A stretch of 35,019 nt of DNA, taken from assembly GCA_945869905.1 (NCBI GenBank), contig CAMBQD010000001.1, positions 1-35,019 of the forward strand. Reading direction: 5' to 3'. A program made the translations under genes and the position numbers. Source of the DNA: an uncultured Clostridia bacterium. Its GTDB lineage: Bacteria; Bacillota; Clostridia; Oscillospirales; Acutalibacteraceae. The number at the start of each line of letters is the position of its first letter. Position 1 is the first letter of the stretch. This document shows, one piece after another, positions 8,324 to 16,789 of this stretch. Below the pieces are notes generated by a model. The model searched no databases, had not been told where the DNA came from, and worked only from the letters and a program-made list of their open reading frames with translations.

Positions 8324-9646
8324 ATGACAAAAAAAGCACTGTCAAAAATTATGCTGTTTGGCATTTCCGTAATTGCCATTACAGCATTTTTGATTATATC
8401 CGTTTTTTACTCCTACTATGAGCGGCAGACAAAAAACAGCCTGTGCGATGTTGTCAGCCTTGTGGAGTCCGAGCTGGAGCAAACAAACGATTACGGCTTT
8501 ATAAATAATTCCGTTAATTCTCAAACAAGAATAACACTGATATCCCCTGACGGTGAGGTTATTGCAGACAGCGTTAAGGATGCCGCCTCCCTTGAAAATC
8601 ACTCACAGCGTGATGAGGTGAAGGAGGCAATTGAAAAGGGTGAAGGCTCCGCCGTAAGAAAATCAAAAACCCTTGGGGAAAATACATATTATTATGCCAA
8701 GCTGTTATCAAACGGCAATGTATTGAGAGCATCTGCCAAGGCGCAAAGCGTTGTCAGTGTGCTGGGTGATGTATCGGTTTATATTCTTCTGTCAATTTTA
8801 TTTGTTATAATATGCTCCGTTTTTGTCAGTGTGGCAATTACAAAAAGCATTGTAAGGCCTATCGAGGAGCTGGGCAAAAGCCTTGACAATCTTGACGATT
8901 TCAAATCCTATAAGGAGCTTAATCCCTTTGTTGACGCATTGAAGGAGCAGAATAAAAAGCAAAAGGAGCTGGACAGACAGAAAAAGCAGTTTACCGCAAA
9001 TGTTTCACACGAGTTGAAAACTCCTTTAACCTCTATTGCCGGATATGCCGAGCTGATTGAAACAGGCATTGCGCAGGAGCCTGACATAAAGCCCTTTGCC
9101 GCCACAATCAGAAAACAGGCATTACGGCTTGTAAATCTCAGCGAGGACATTATAAAGCTGTCACAGCTGGAGGAAAACGAGGAAACGGAAATTGTTTTTT
9201 CCTCAGTGGATATTTACGATATTTCACTACGGTGTGTTGAGGCTTTATCCATAAACGCAAAGGCTAAGGGCGTAACAATTAAGCTGAATGGTGAAAGCAC
9301 CTTTATAAAAGCAAATCCGTCACTTTTGGAGGAGCTGATTTACAATCTCTGTGACAATGCCATCAGGTACAATAAAGAAAATGGAGCTGTTAATGTCAGC
9401 GTTACCTCCGACGAAACAGGCGTAATGCTTTGCGTTGAGGATACGGGAATAGGTATTGAGGAAAAGTATCAGGAGCGTATTTTTGAACGCTTTTTCCGTG
9501 TTGATAAAAGCCGCAGCAAAGCCACAGGCGGTACGGGACTGGGGTTGGCAATTGTTAAGCACATTGCCCAAATTCACGGCGCAGAGCTTAAAATTGACAG
9601 TGTTTTAGGCAAAGGAACAGCAATATCCGTGCACTTTGAAAAATAA
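8324..9646 (+). CDS. PhoR-like sensor histidine kinase
   Basis: Two TM helices, ENHSQRDEV sensor motif, H-box ANVSHELKTPL, FERFFRVDKSRS, GTGLGLAIVKH. Confidence 0.9.
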   Translation: MTKKALSKIMLFGISVIAITAFLIISVFYSYYERQTKNSLCDVVSLVESELEQTNDYGFINNSVNSQTRITLISPDGEVIADSVKDAASLENHSQRDEVKEAIEKGEGSAVRKSKTLGENTYYYAKLLSNGNVLRASAKAQSVVSVLGDVSVYILLSILFVIICSVFVSVAITKSIVRPIEELGKSLDNLDDFKSYKELNPFVDALKEQNKKQKELDRQKKQFTANVSHELKTPLTSIAGYAELIETGIAQEPDIKPFAATIRKQALRLVNLSEDIIKLSQLEENEETEIVFSSVDIYDISLRCVEALSINAKAKGVTIKLNGESTFIKANPSLLEELIYNLCDNAIRYNKENGAVNVSVTSDETGVMLCVEDTGIGIEEKYQERIFERFFRVDKSRSKATGGTGLGLAIVKHIAQIHGAELKIDSVLGKGTAISVHFEK

Positions 9647-9660
9647 AAACAAAAAATATA

Positions 9661-9689
9661 TTGAAAAATCTTTTATTTTAGTATATTAT
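9661..9689 (+). promoter_or_regulatory. Putative sigma-A promoter
   Basis: TTGAAA-17-TATTAT. Confidence 0.5.
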
Positions 9690-9723
9690 AGAAAAGTAAT
9701 ATACTGCATAAAGGGGAATTTTT

Positions 9724-10647
9724 ATGAAACAAAAATCCAAGCTCAGTAATTTTAATAAGTTTTTAACAGTAGTTCTTGTTATTGTTCTTGTTGCAAATGT
9801 TATTGTAATTGCAAAAAAGCCCGTTCCTGTTGCAACTGAAGGTGACGCAGGTACAACAGACGCCAACGCTCTTGTGATTGATGAGTTCAAGGCAGATACA
9901 TACGGTGGCGTTGAATTCAAGACAGATGAGGATGTTGTTAAGTATTACGCTGCTGCTTTTGACAAAACAAAGGCACAGACAAAGGTTTATTCAGATGGCA
10001 AGGGCAATACTCCAACCTGGTATGCTTTTCTTGGCGAGGAGGACCTTCAGGTTCAAAAGATTATCATTGAGGGTAAAGAGAACGCAACCATTAACAACCT
10101 TGTTCCTACTATCGTAGGCGGTCTTTTCACAAAGGGTGCTGTCGGCCTTTCTCCGACTGCCAGTCGTGACCCTGCTCAGGATACTGACGAGGAGGGCAAA
10201 AGCCTTACTACCTGTCGTCTTACCGCAGAGGATGTTGTTGCAACAAACGTTAAGGATAACGGCGACGGTACAATAACACTCCAGCTTCAGCCAAAAGAGG
10301 TTAATATGTCCCACAAGGGTATGGACCCACAGGGTAATTTGTTTAACACACTTGGTGCTATCGACTCCGTTGTAGACAGCATTCAGCAGCTTTCCTGGTC
10401 ACAGGGCACAACTGCTGAAAACTGCATTGTTAACTACCACGGCGGATATGCAACTGTAACTATTGATACAAAGAGCGGTCTTATTACAACTGCCGATTAT
10501 CATATGGAAGCACACATTGCCGTTACACACGCAAACGTTTTGGTACTTAAGGATAAGTCAGCAAACGTACTTGTTACATACGATGTTCACTATCCTGCAT
10601 CAGAGCAGTATATTAAGGATAACCTTGGTATGACCATCGTTGGTTAA
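9724..10647 (+). CDS. Membrane-anchored extracytoplasmic hypothetical protein
   Basis: AGGGG RBS; basic N-terminus and hydrophobic FLTVVLVIVLVANVIVIA; own promoter and terminator. Confidence 0.8.
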   Translation: MKQKSKLSNFNKFLTVVLVIVLVANVIVIAKKPVPVATEGDAGTTDANALVIDEFKADTYGGVEFKTDEDVVKYYAAAFDKTKAQTKVYSDGKGNTPTWYAFLGEEDLQVQKIIIEGKENATINNLVPTIVGGLFTKGAVGLSPTASRDPAQDTDEEGKSLTTCRLTAEDVVATNVKDNGDGTITLQLQPKEVNMSHKGMDPQGNLFNTLGAIDSVVDSIQQLSWSQGTTAENCIVNYHGGYATVTIDTKSGLITTADYHMEAHIAVTHANVLVLKDKSANVLVTYDVHYPASEQYIKDNLGMTIVG

Positions 10648-10672
10648 TACTGCTGACAAAAAATAAAATTTA

Positions 10673-10701
10673 CGGGAGGGTTAATGCCCTCCCGATTTTT
10701 T
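10673..10701 (+). terminator. Intrinsic terminator
   Basis: CGGGAGGG-TTAATG-CCCTCCCG followed by ATTTTTT. Confidence 0.75.
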
Positions 10702-10708
10702 GGTAATT

Positions 10709-11422
10709 ATGATAGAAAAAAGATTTAACGAGCTTTATAACAGAGCATATGAACGCACATACAATGTGTTCAGCGAATTTTTAAATATGGAGGAGCAGAG
10801 CATTTTGGCAGGCACCTGTCTGCCCTGTACTGTTTACGGCGGCTACGACAATGCCGAGCGTGTAATTGCAGGCTTTGGCGAAGATATCAACATTAAGGAT
10901 TTCCCTATCAAATACCTTGTTATCTCACCTGTTATGCAAAAATTTGCCGACACTCTTACTCACCGTGATTTTTTGGGCGGACTGATGAATTTGGGAATAA
11001 AAAGGGAAATGCTTGGTGATATCATTGTGTATAACAATCAGGCATACCTTGTTTGCTTGGAGCAGATTGCCGATTATATAAAGGACAATCTCCGCCGTAT
11101 TAAGCACACAACTGTCAGTGTTTCTCAAGCAGCGGCACTGCCTGAGGATATAATCAAGGCTCCTCAGCCGTCGGTGCTTGTGGTGTCCTCCCTTAGACTC
11201 GACGTGCTTGTAAGCGCCGTATACAAATTATCTCGCGGCGACGCGTCAAAGCTTTTTGCCGCAGGGAAAATATTTGTAAACAGCAGGCTGACGGAAAACA
11301 CCTCATATCAGGTTAAAGAAAACGATATCATTTCCGTGCGCGGCTACGGTAGATTTTCCTTTTCCCAAGCACTTAGAAAAACAAAAAAGGACCGACTGGC
11401 TGTTGAGGTAATTAAATATTAA
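10709..11422 (+). CDS. ylmH: YlmH-family S4-domain RNA-binding protein
   Basis: GGYDNAER, LTHRDFLGGLMNLGIKRE.LGDI, SLRLD, ISVRGYGR, TKKDR. Confidence 0.85.
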   Translation: MIEKRFNELYNRAYERTYNVFSEFLNMEEQSILAGTCLPCTVYGGYDNAERVIAGFGEDINIKDFPIKYLVISPVMQKFADTLTHRDFLGGLMNLGIKREMLGDIIVYNNQAYLVCLEQIADYIKDNLRRIKHTTVSVSQAAALPEDIIKAPQPSVLVVSSLRLDVLVSAVYKLSRGDASKLFAAGKIFVNSRLTENTSYQVKENDIISVRGYGRFSFSQALRKTKKDRLAVEVIKY

Positions 11423-11450
11423 ATTAATTAAAATATTAGGTCCTATTTTA

Positions 11451-11479
11451 TTTACAAGGATAGCTTGCCGTGATATAAT
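11451..11479 (+). promoter_or_regulatory. Putative sigma-A promoter of hpt
   Basis: TTTACA-17-TATAAT with extended -10 TG. Confidence 0.65.
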
Positions 11480-11529
11480 CTTTATGAAAAAATCTTTACC
11501 TGCAAGCGTTTTGGTATAGAGGAGAAGAT

Positions 11530-12069
11530 ATGAACAAGGATATTGAAAAAATACTGGTAACAGAAGAGGATTTAGCAGGCATAACCAAAAGACTCGGTGA
11601 GCAAATCACCAAGGATTATGCAGGCAAAAAGCTTCTTATTGTGGGCGTTCTTAAGGGCTCGATTTATTTTTTAACAGACCTGTCAAGGCACATTGACCTT
11701 CCCTGCACAATTGATTTTGTTCAGGCGTCAAGCTACGGCGCCGGCACTGTTTCCAGCGGCGAAATAAAAATCACTAAGGATATCAGCGGTGACCTTTCAG
11801 GCTTTGACGTTTTACTTGTTGAGGATATACTTGACACCGGCAGAACCCTTAAGCATATTCATGATATGCTGTCAAAAAGAAATCCGGAGTCTATAGCCGT
11901 TGTCACTCTGCTTGACAAGCCTGCAAGACGTGAGGTTGACATATACGCAGACTATGTGGGTGTTGACGTGCCAAACGCCTTTGTTGTGGGCTACGGTCTT
12001 GACTACAACCAGTTTTACAGGAATTTACCCTATATCGGCATATTAAAGGAAAGCGTTTATAACAAATGA
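11530..12069 (+). CDS. hpt: Hypoxanthine phosphoribosyltransferase
   Basis: GVLKGS, SSYG, VLLVEDILDTGRTL, LLDKP, FVVGYGLDY...RNLPYIG. Confidence 0.97.
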   Translation: MNKDIEKILVTEEDLAGITKRLGEQITKDYAGKKLLIVGVLKGSIYFLTDLSRHIDLPCTIDFVQASSYGAGTVSSGEIKITKDISGDLSGFDVLLVEDILDTGRTLKHIHDMLSKRNPESIAVVTLLDKPARREVDIYADYVGVDVPNAFVVGYGLDYNQFYRNLPYIGILKESVYNK

Positions 12070-12098
12070 TTGACTTTTTGCTTATATGGGAATATACT
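12070..12098 (+). promoter_or_regulatory. Putative sigma-A promoter of the riboswitch operon
   Basis: TTGACT-17-TATACT just upstream of the aptamer. Confidence 0.65.
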
Positions 12099-12114
12099 AA
12101 GTAAAAAATAATAC

Positions 12115-12286
12115 AGACGGTTTTTAAGACTCTGTCTTAAAATTAAAAGGGAATTGAGTGAAAATCTCAGGCAACCGCCATTACCGTAACTGATGAAGCA
12201 AATACATATGCCATTGGGTGACCGAGAAGGCGTATTTGCGGGTATACTGAAAATATACTATATCACAAGCCGGGAGACCTGCCGCA
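12115..12286 (+). ncRNA. Cobalamin (B12) riboswitch
   Basis: CGGT...AAAAGGGAA (12145), TGAGTGAAAATCTCA hairpin, GCCATTGGG (12210)...CCGAGAAGGC, and B12 box AGCCGGGAGACCTGCC (12268-12283), in canonical order. Confidence 0.92.
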
Positions 12287-12343
12287 AACAAAAATTCAGC
12301 TTTTGGGCAAGTGGAAAAGCAATGGGTTTTATACACACATACT

Positions 12344-12375
12344 ATACCCCTGTCCAAATGACAGGGGTGTTTTTT
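12344..12375 (+). terminator. Riboswitch expression platform: terminator / RBS-sequestering hairpin
   Basis: ATACCCCTGTC-CAAAT-GACAGGGGTGT-TTTTT immediately before ATG 12376; the 3' arm contains the AGGGG RBS. Confidence 0.75.
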
Positions 12376-13086
12376 ATGAAAAAATTTACTGCCGTGCTTT
12401 TATCAGCTTTACTTTGCTTTTCACTGCTTGGGTGCAGTAATGAAGAAAAGAAGGTAACCACATCATCAACCACAGCCATATCATCAACCGTTTATGAAAG
12501 CAGTGAAAAAGCCGAGGAAAAGGAAACCGAAGCAGAAAAAAGAGAAACAACCGAAAAAAAGAAAGTCACCTCAACGTCTGTTAAATCAGAAACGGCAGAT
12601 AAAGCGTCAACATCTTCTACTGTAGCATCAACAACGGAAAAATCCACCGCAAAAAAGCAGGCTGTCAGCTCAGCAACAAAAGCATCAACCACAAAAAAGC
12701 AGACCACCACTTCCTCGTCAATTACCTGTACCGTAACCGTTGAATGTAAAAGCATACTGAATAATATGGATAAGCTTAAAGCAGGTCACGAGTCATATGT
12801 TCCCGCCGACGGATACATAATAAATAACTGTAATGTTACTGTTTCAAACGGGGATACGGCATATGACGCAGTTAAAGCCGCCTGTGATACAAAGGGCGTT
12901 TATCTGAATGTTACCAACAGCAGCTACGGCAAATACATTGCCGGCTTTAATAATATAGATGAAAAGGACTGCGGCAGTCAAAGCGGCTGGCTTTATAATG
13001 TAAACGGTTCATATCCGTCAAAAAGCTGCAGTAAATATATTCTTTCAAACGGCGATAACGTTGTATTCACATACACGTGCAAATAA
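12376..13086 (+). CDS. DUF4430 (transcobalamin-like C-terminal domain) lipoprotein with Ser/Thr/Lys-rich linker
   Basis: Lipobox LLG-C20; long S/T/K/E linker; YIAGFNNIDEKDCGSQSGWLYNVNGSYP...LSNGDNVVFTYT is typical of DUF4430. Confidence 0.85.
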   Translation: MKKFTAVLLSALLCFSLLGCSNEEKKVTTSSTTAISSTVYESSEKAEEKETEAEKRETTEKKKVTSTSVKSETADKASTSSTVASTTEKSTAKKQAVSSATKASTTKKQTTTSSSITCTVTVECKSILNNMDKLKAGHESYVPADGYIINNCNVTVSNGDTAYDAVKAACDTKGVYLNVTNSSYGKYIAGFNNIDEKDCGSQSGWLYNVNGSYPSKSCSKYILSNGDNVVFTYTCK

Positions 13087-13107
13087 AATTTTTATCGGAG
13101 GTAAAAA

Positions 13108-14247
13108 ATGAAAAAATTATTATCGGTAATCCTTGCGGTATCCGTTATTCTTATGTCAGGTATAACGGCATTTGCGGCAGAAAAAACCACATCTGAAAAG
13201 GTGAAGGAGCAAATTGACGGCGCGGTGGCGTACCTTACAAGCGGTGTTACCGGCTATGGTGTGGACGAGGCAATTGACCTGTGCATACTTGCAAATTCAG
13301 GTGCAGATGTTTCTGCGTACAAGGATGGTTTCTTAAGTGCGGTTAAGGCAAACCTTGACGCCAACAGCGGAAAAATCGTTTCCTCCTACGGCGAAAACCT
13401 TGCAACCTACGGCGCAGTAATCATAACCTTGATAAGCTTTGACGAAGACATAACGGATTTTTACGGCTATAACATTGAAAATGCTTTTCTTGCTATGGAC
13501 CCAACAGTTGCTCCGGCGTCACCAAACTATTACAGAATTATCGCACAGGGTGCATTTTACTGCGACAACTCTGACGATTTCCTTGTTGACGTATGCGACG
13601 CATATGTCAGCGGATATTATACAATGGGTATGGGTGCAGATTACTACGGATATTCCTGTGACAACACAGCGTACTTTATAGATGCAATCTCATACGGCTA
13701 TTTTGTTGATGACAAGTATAAAACCGTTCTTGACGATGCAATGGCAGTGCTTGACACCTACAAGGTTGACGGCGGATATTGCTACAACCCTGCTTACGGC
13801 ACCCAGCCCAATGCCGATTCAACTGCCCTTGCGCTTTTGGCACACTGTGCATACACAGACGACATTGAAACAAAGGCTGACTTTGACGCATATTTCACTC
13901 TGCTTAACGGCATTTATGCGGACCTTTGCACCTTTGAGGGCAGTGCTACAGGCGTTTTCACCTATGACGGTGCGGACAGTGCCTATACCACAAAGGAGGC
14001 GTTAATGGCACTCAGCGAGTATTATCTTGTTGCATACAACCAGGAAAACTCAGATGAAGAAGAAACAGAAATAATCAGCAAGCCTGAAATCACCGTGCCT
14101 ACAACCAAGGAACCTGAAACTACAACTAAAACAGAAGTTATTAAAAAGTCACCTGCTACAGGTGCCGGTGCCTCTGCCGTTTCCTCTGTTATTGCTCTTT
14201 TTGCCGCCGCAGGTGTAATAACTGCTGTTAGAAAAAAAGAAAAATAA
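13108..14247 (+). CDS. Sortase-anchored surface protein with prenyltransferase/squalene-cyclase-like alpha-helical repeats
   Basis: GGAGG RBS; signal peptide; repeats CDNTAYFIDAI, NADSTALALLA, SAYTTKEALMAL; T/E/P stalk; SPATG, then TM helix and RKKEK. Confidence 0.75.
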   Translation: MKKLLSVILAVSVILMSGITAFAAEKTTSEKVKEQIDGAVAYLTSGVTGYGVDEAIDLCILANSGADVSAYKDGFLSAVKANLDANSGKIVSSYGENLATYGAVIITLISFDEDITDFYGYNIENAFLAMDPTVAPASPNYYRIIAQGAFYCDNSDDFLVDVCDAYVSGYYTMGMGADYYGYSCDNTAYFIDAISYGYFVDDKYKTVLDDAMAVLDTYKVDGGYCYNPAYGTQPNADSTALALLAHCAYTDDIETKADFDAYFTLLNGIYADLCTFEGSATGVFTYDGADSAYTTKEALMALSEYYLVAYNQENSDEEETEIISKPEITVPTTKEPETTTKTEVIKKSPATGAGASAVSSVIALFAAAGVITAVRKKEK

Positions 14248-14262
14248 TATAAACCAATATTT

Positions 14263-14288
14263 AGAGTGCCTCATAGGCACTCTTTTTT
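14263..14288 (+). terminator. Intrinsic terminator
   Basis: AGAGTGCCT-CAT-AGGCACTCT-TTTTT. Confidence 0.85.
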
Positions 14289-14289
14289 G

Positions 14290-14318
14290 TTGCAATAGCA
14301 CATAATTTATGATACTAT
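14290..14318 (+). promoter_or_regulatory. Putative sigma-A promoter
   Basis: TTGCAA-17-TACTAT with extended -10 TG. Confidence 0.55.
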
Positions 14319-14339
14319 CAAATCAAGGAGAGTGTCATT

Positions 14340-15983
14340 ATGAATTATTCTTTTAACCTTATATACAAAGCAGACGGAAAAATAAATAAAACCAATAAGC
14401 CAGATAATGCTGATTTTATGGTTGATATAGAGGAAAGCGAAAGGCTGCTTTCTCTTACGGTTAAGCCTAATAAGGAAATTGAATTTATAAAATTTGAAAT
14501 GACAACTGCTTATAAATTCAATAACGCACAGCGCATTTTTACAAACGGATACCAAAGCTGGACCGTTTCAAAGGAATATTCCCCCACCGGCGCAATGGAC
14601 GAATTTAACCCAAGGATATTGGGTGTACAAAAAAAACATTTTAACCCACTGGGAATTTGGGGTGCCGGTGATTTAACCTTTCACCAGTATCCTGAAAGGG
14701 CAGGAATTTTTTATGGCTATTCCTACGGCTATATACGCAGTGGTGAAGAATTGCTTTTACTGGGCTCCCTTTCCGAAAGGGAGGGCTATACCGTCATAAC
14801 CTTTAACACCGCCGACAATACCATTTCCATTGAAAAGGATTTGGAGGGCGTTAAATTCAGCGGTGAAAAGAATATCCTTAACCTTGCAATGCTACGCGGC
14901 GAATACAATGCTGTTTTTGACGAATATTTTGAAATGATGAATATTTCAAAGCCTAAGGTCAACAGAGCTTGCGGCTACACCACCTGGTACAATTATTATA
15001 CCGGTGTAACGGAGGAAATTGTTAACCGTGATTTGTCTGCCATTGCAGGCCTTGACACAAAGGTGGATATTTTCCAGATTGACGACGGCTATGAGCGTGC
15101 CGTTGGTGATTGGCTGGAGCCTGACCAAAAGAAATTCCCAAAGGGTATGAAGGCGGCGGCAGACAGTATTCACAGTCACGGTATGCTGGCAGGTCTTTGG
15201 CTTGCTCCCTTTGCCGTTACTCCCAAATCTCATATTTTCAGGCAGCACAGGGACTGGCTTGTGCGTGACGAAAGGGGTAAAATTCACTTTGCCTCTCACA
15301 ACTGGGGCGGCTTTTATGCCCTTGACATTTACAATCCTGAGGTAAGGGCTTACATAAAAAAGGTCTTTGACACCGTGCTGAATGATTGGGGCTATGATAT
15401 GGTCAAGCTTGACTTCCTTTACGCCTGCTCCATTATCCCCATTCATAACAAAAGCCGCGGACAGATTATGTGCGAGGCAATGGATTTTCTGCGTGAATGC
15501 TGCGGAGATAAAATCATTCTCGGCTGCGGTGTGCCTTTGGCTCCCGCCTTCGGCAAGGTTGATTTTTGCCGAATCGGTGCAGATGTAGGCTTATGCTGGA
15601 AAAACAAGGCTTTTTCGCGTGAGGACGTATCCACTCAGCACACTCTGATGAATACGGTTTTCCGCAGGCATCTGGACGGCAGGGCTTTTCTTAATGACCC
15701 CGATGTTTTCCTGCTACGTGACAACAATATAAAAATGACCCTTGAACAAAGAAAAATCATTGCCAAGGTAAATAGCCTTTGCGGTAATCTTTTGTTTGTG
15801 TCTGATGACGTGTCCACCTATTCTCCTGAGCAGAGAAAAATTTTTACAGATGTGGTTACAAGCCAAAAGGCACAGATAATAAACGCAGAATTTGTCAGCG
15901 ATAAAGCTATTAAAATTAATTATTTACTTAACGGTGCAGAAAGCAGCCTGACCTTTAACCTTGGAACAGATGTGGAGAATTAA
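14340..15983 (+). CDS. Alpha-galactosidase, GH36 family
   Basis: GYTTWYNYY, FQIDDGY, KFPKGM, GLWLAPF, VKLDFLY, RIGADV, NDPDVF. Confidence 0.88.
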   Translation: MNYSFNLIYKADGKINKTNKPDNADFMVDIEESERLLSLTVKPNKEIEFIKFEMTTAYKFNNAQRIFTNGYQSWTVSKEYSPTGAMDEFNPRILGVQKKHFNPLGIWGAGDLTFHQYPERAGIFYGYSYGYIRSGEELLLLGSLSEREGYTVITFNTADNTISIEKDLEGVKFSGEKNILNLAMLRGEYNAVFDEYFEMMNISKPKVNRACGYTTWYNYYTGVTEEIVNRDLSAIAGLDTKVDIFQIDDGYERAVGDWLEPDQKKFPKGMKAAADSIHSHGMLAGLWLAPFAVTPKSHIFRQHRDWLVRDERGKIHFASHNWGGFYALDIYNPEVRAYIKKVFDTVLNDWGYDMVKLDFLYACSIIPIHNKSRGQIMCEAMDFLRECCGDKIILGCGVPLAPAFGKVDFCRIGADVGLCWKNKAFSREDVSTQHTLMNTVFRRHLDGRAFLNDPDVFLLRDNNIKMTLEQRKIIAKVNSLCGNLLFVSDDVSTYSPEQRKIFTDVVTSQKAQIINAEFVSDKAIKINYLLNGAESSLTFNLGTDVEN

Positions 15984-15994
15984 TTACTCCTCTA

Positions 15995-16023
15995 TTGTAA
16001 ATAACCAAAGGCTGTGATATAAT
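15995..16023 (+). promoter_or_regulatory. Putative sigma-A promoter of tagD
   Basis: TTGTAA-17-TATAAT with extended -10 TG. Confidence 0.6.
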
Positions 16024-16055
16024 ATCATTGCGTTAAAAATGTAAGGAGAATACTT

Positions 16056-16490
16056 ATGAAAAGAATTTTAACCTACGGTACATTTGACCTTTTACATTAC
16101 GGACATATCAGACTTCTTCAGCGAGCAAAGGCAATGGGCGACTATCTTGTTGTTGCTCTTTCCACCGACGAATTTAACGCCGGCAAGGGCAAAAAGGCAT
16201 ACCACACCTATGAAACAAGAAAGAAGATGCTTGAGGCAATCAGGTATGTTGACCTTGTTATACCCGAAAACAGCTGGGAACAAAAAATAGACGACGTTAA
16301 GGAATATCATATTGACACCGTTGTTATGGGCGGCGACTGGGCAGGCAGTGACAAATTTGATTATCTTAAGGATTACTGCGAGCTGGTTTTCCTTGACAGG
16401 ACTCCCGGCGTATCTACAACCATGATTAAACAGGATTTGGGACTTAAGGAGGCAATAGGAGGCGTTGACCAGCTCCCTGACGAAAAATAA
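16056..16490 (+). CDS. tagD: Glycerol-3-phosphate cytidylyltransferase
   Basis: TYGTFDLLHYGH, LSTDEFN, IRYVDLVIPE..WEQK, MGGDW, RTPGVSTT. Confidence 0.93.
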   Translation: MKRILTYGTFDLLHYGHIRLLQRAKAMGDYLVVALSTDEFNAGKGKKAYHTYETRKKMLEAIRYVDLVIPENSWEQKIDDVKEYHIDTVVMGGDWAGSDKFDYLKDYCELVFLDRTPGVSTTMIKQDLGLKEAIGGVDQLPDEK

Positions 16491-16504
16491 ATTTTGCTTT
16501 CTTT

Positions 16505-16530
16505 ACCTCCCTTTTTAAGGGAGGTTTTTT
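16505..16530 (+). terminator. Intrinsic terminator
   Basis: ACCTCCCTT-TTT-AAGGGAGGT-TTTTT. Confidence 0.8.
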
Positions 16531-16636
16531 GTTTGTCAATAATGTTTCACGGCATTTTGTAACCTTTTCTTTTCTTTTTGTTGTGGGAAAAACTGCCGTT
16601 TTTCTGTGAAACAGACAAATGTCCGTTATTCTATAT

Positions 16637-16731
16637 ATACATATTTTTGTGGTTATGAAAAAGAAAAAATACAATATATTGTGTTTTTTTCTTAATTTAC
16701 TATTGACACACCGCTAAATATTTGGTATTAT
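16637..16731 (+). promoter_or_regulatory. NrdR boxes and sigma-A promoter of nrdDG
   Basis: ATACAATATATTGTGT (16669-16684) fits the NrdR consensus acaCwAtATaTwGtgt; weaker boxes at 16637 and 16711; TTGACA(16703)-17-TATTAT(16726). Confidence 0.75.
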
Positions 16732-16789
16732 TAATCCAGTCGATTAAATTGTTTGTAACTATTTTGTAACAAAATTAAGGGGAAAAATT

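Noticed and set aside
12193-12375. 61-codon N-terminal extension of the DUF4430 ORF in the track
   Set aside because: It overlaps the riboswitch; the signal peptide and RBS point to ATG 12376.
16753-16772. Rex operator upstream of nrdD
   Set aside because: TTGT...ACAA spans 20 bp rather than the 18-bp Rex palindrome.
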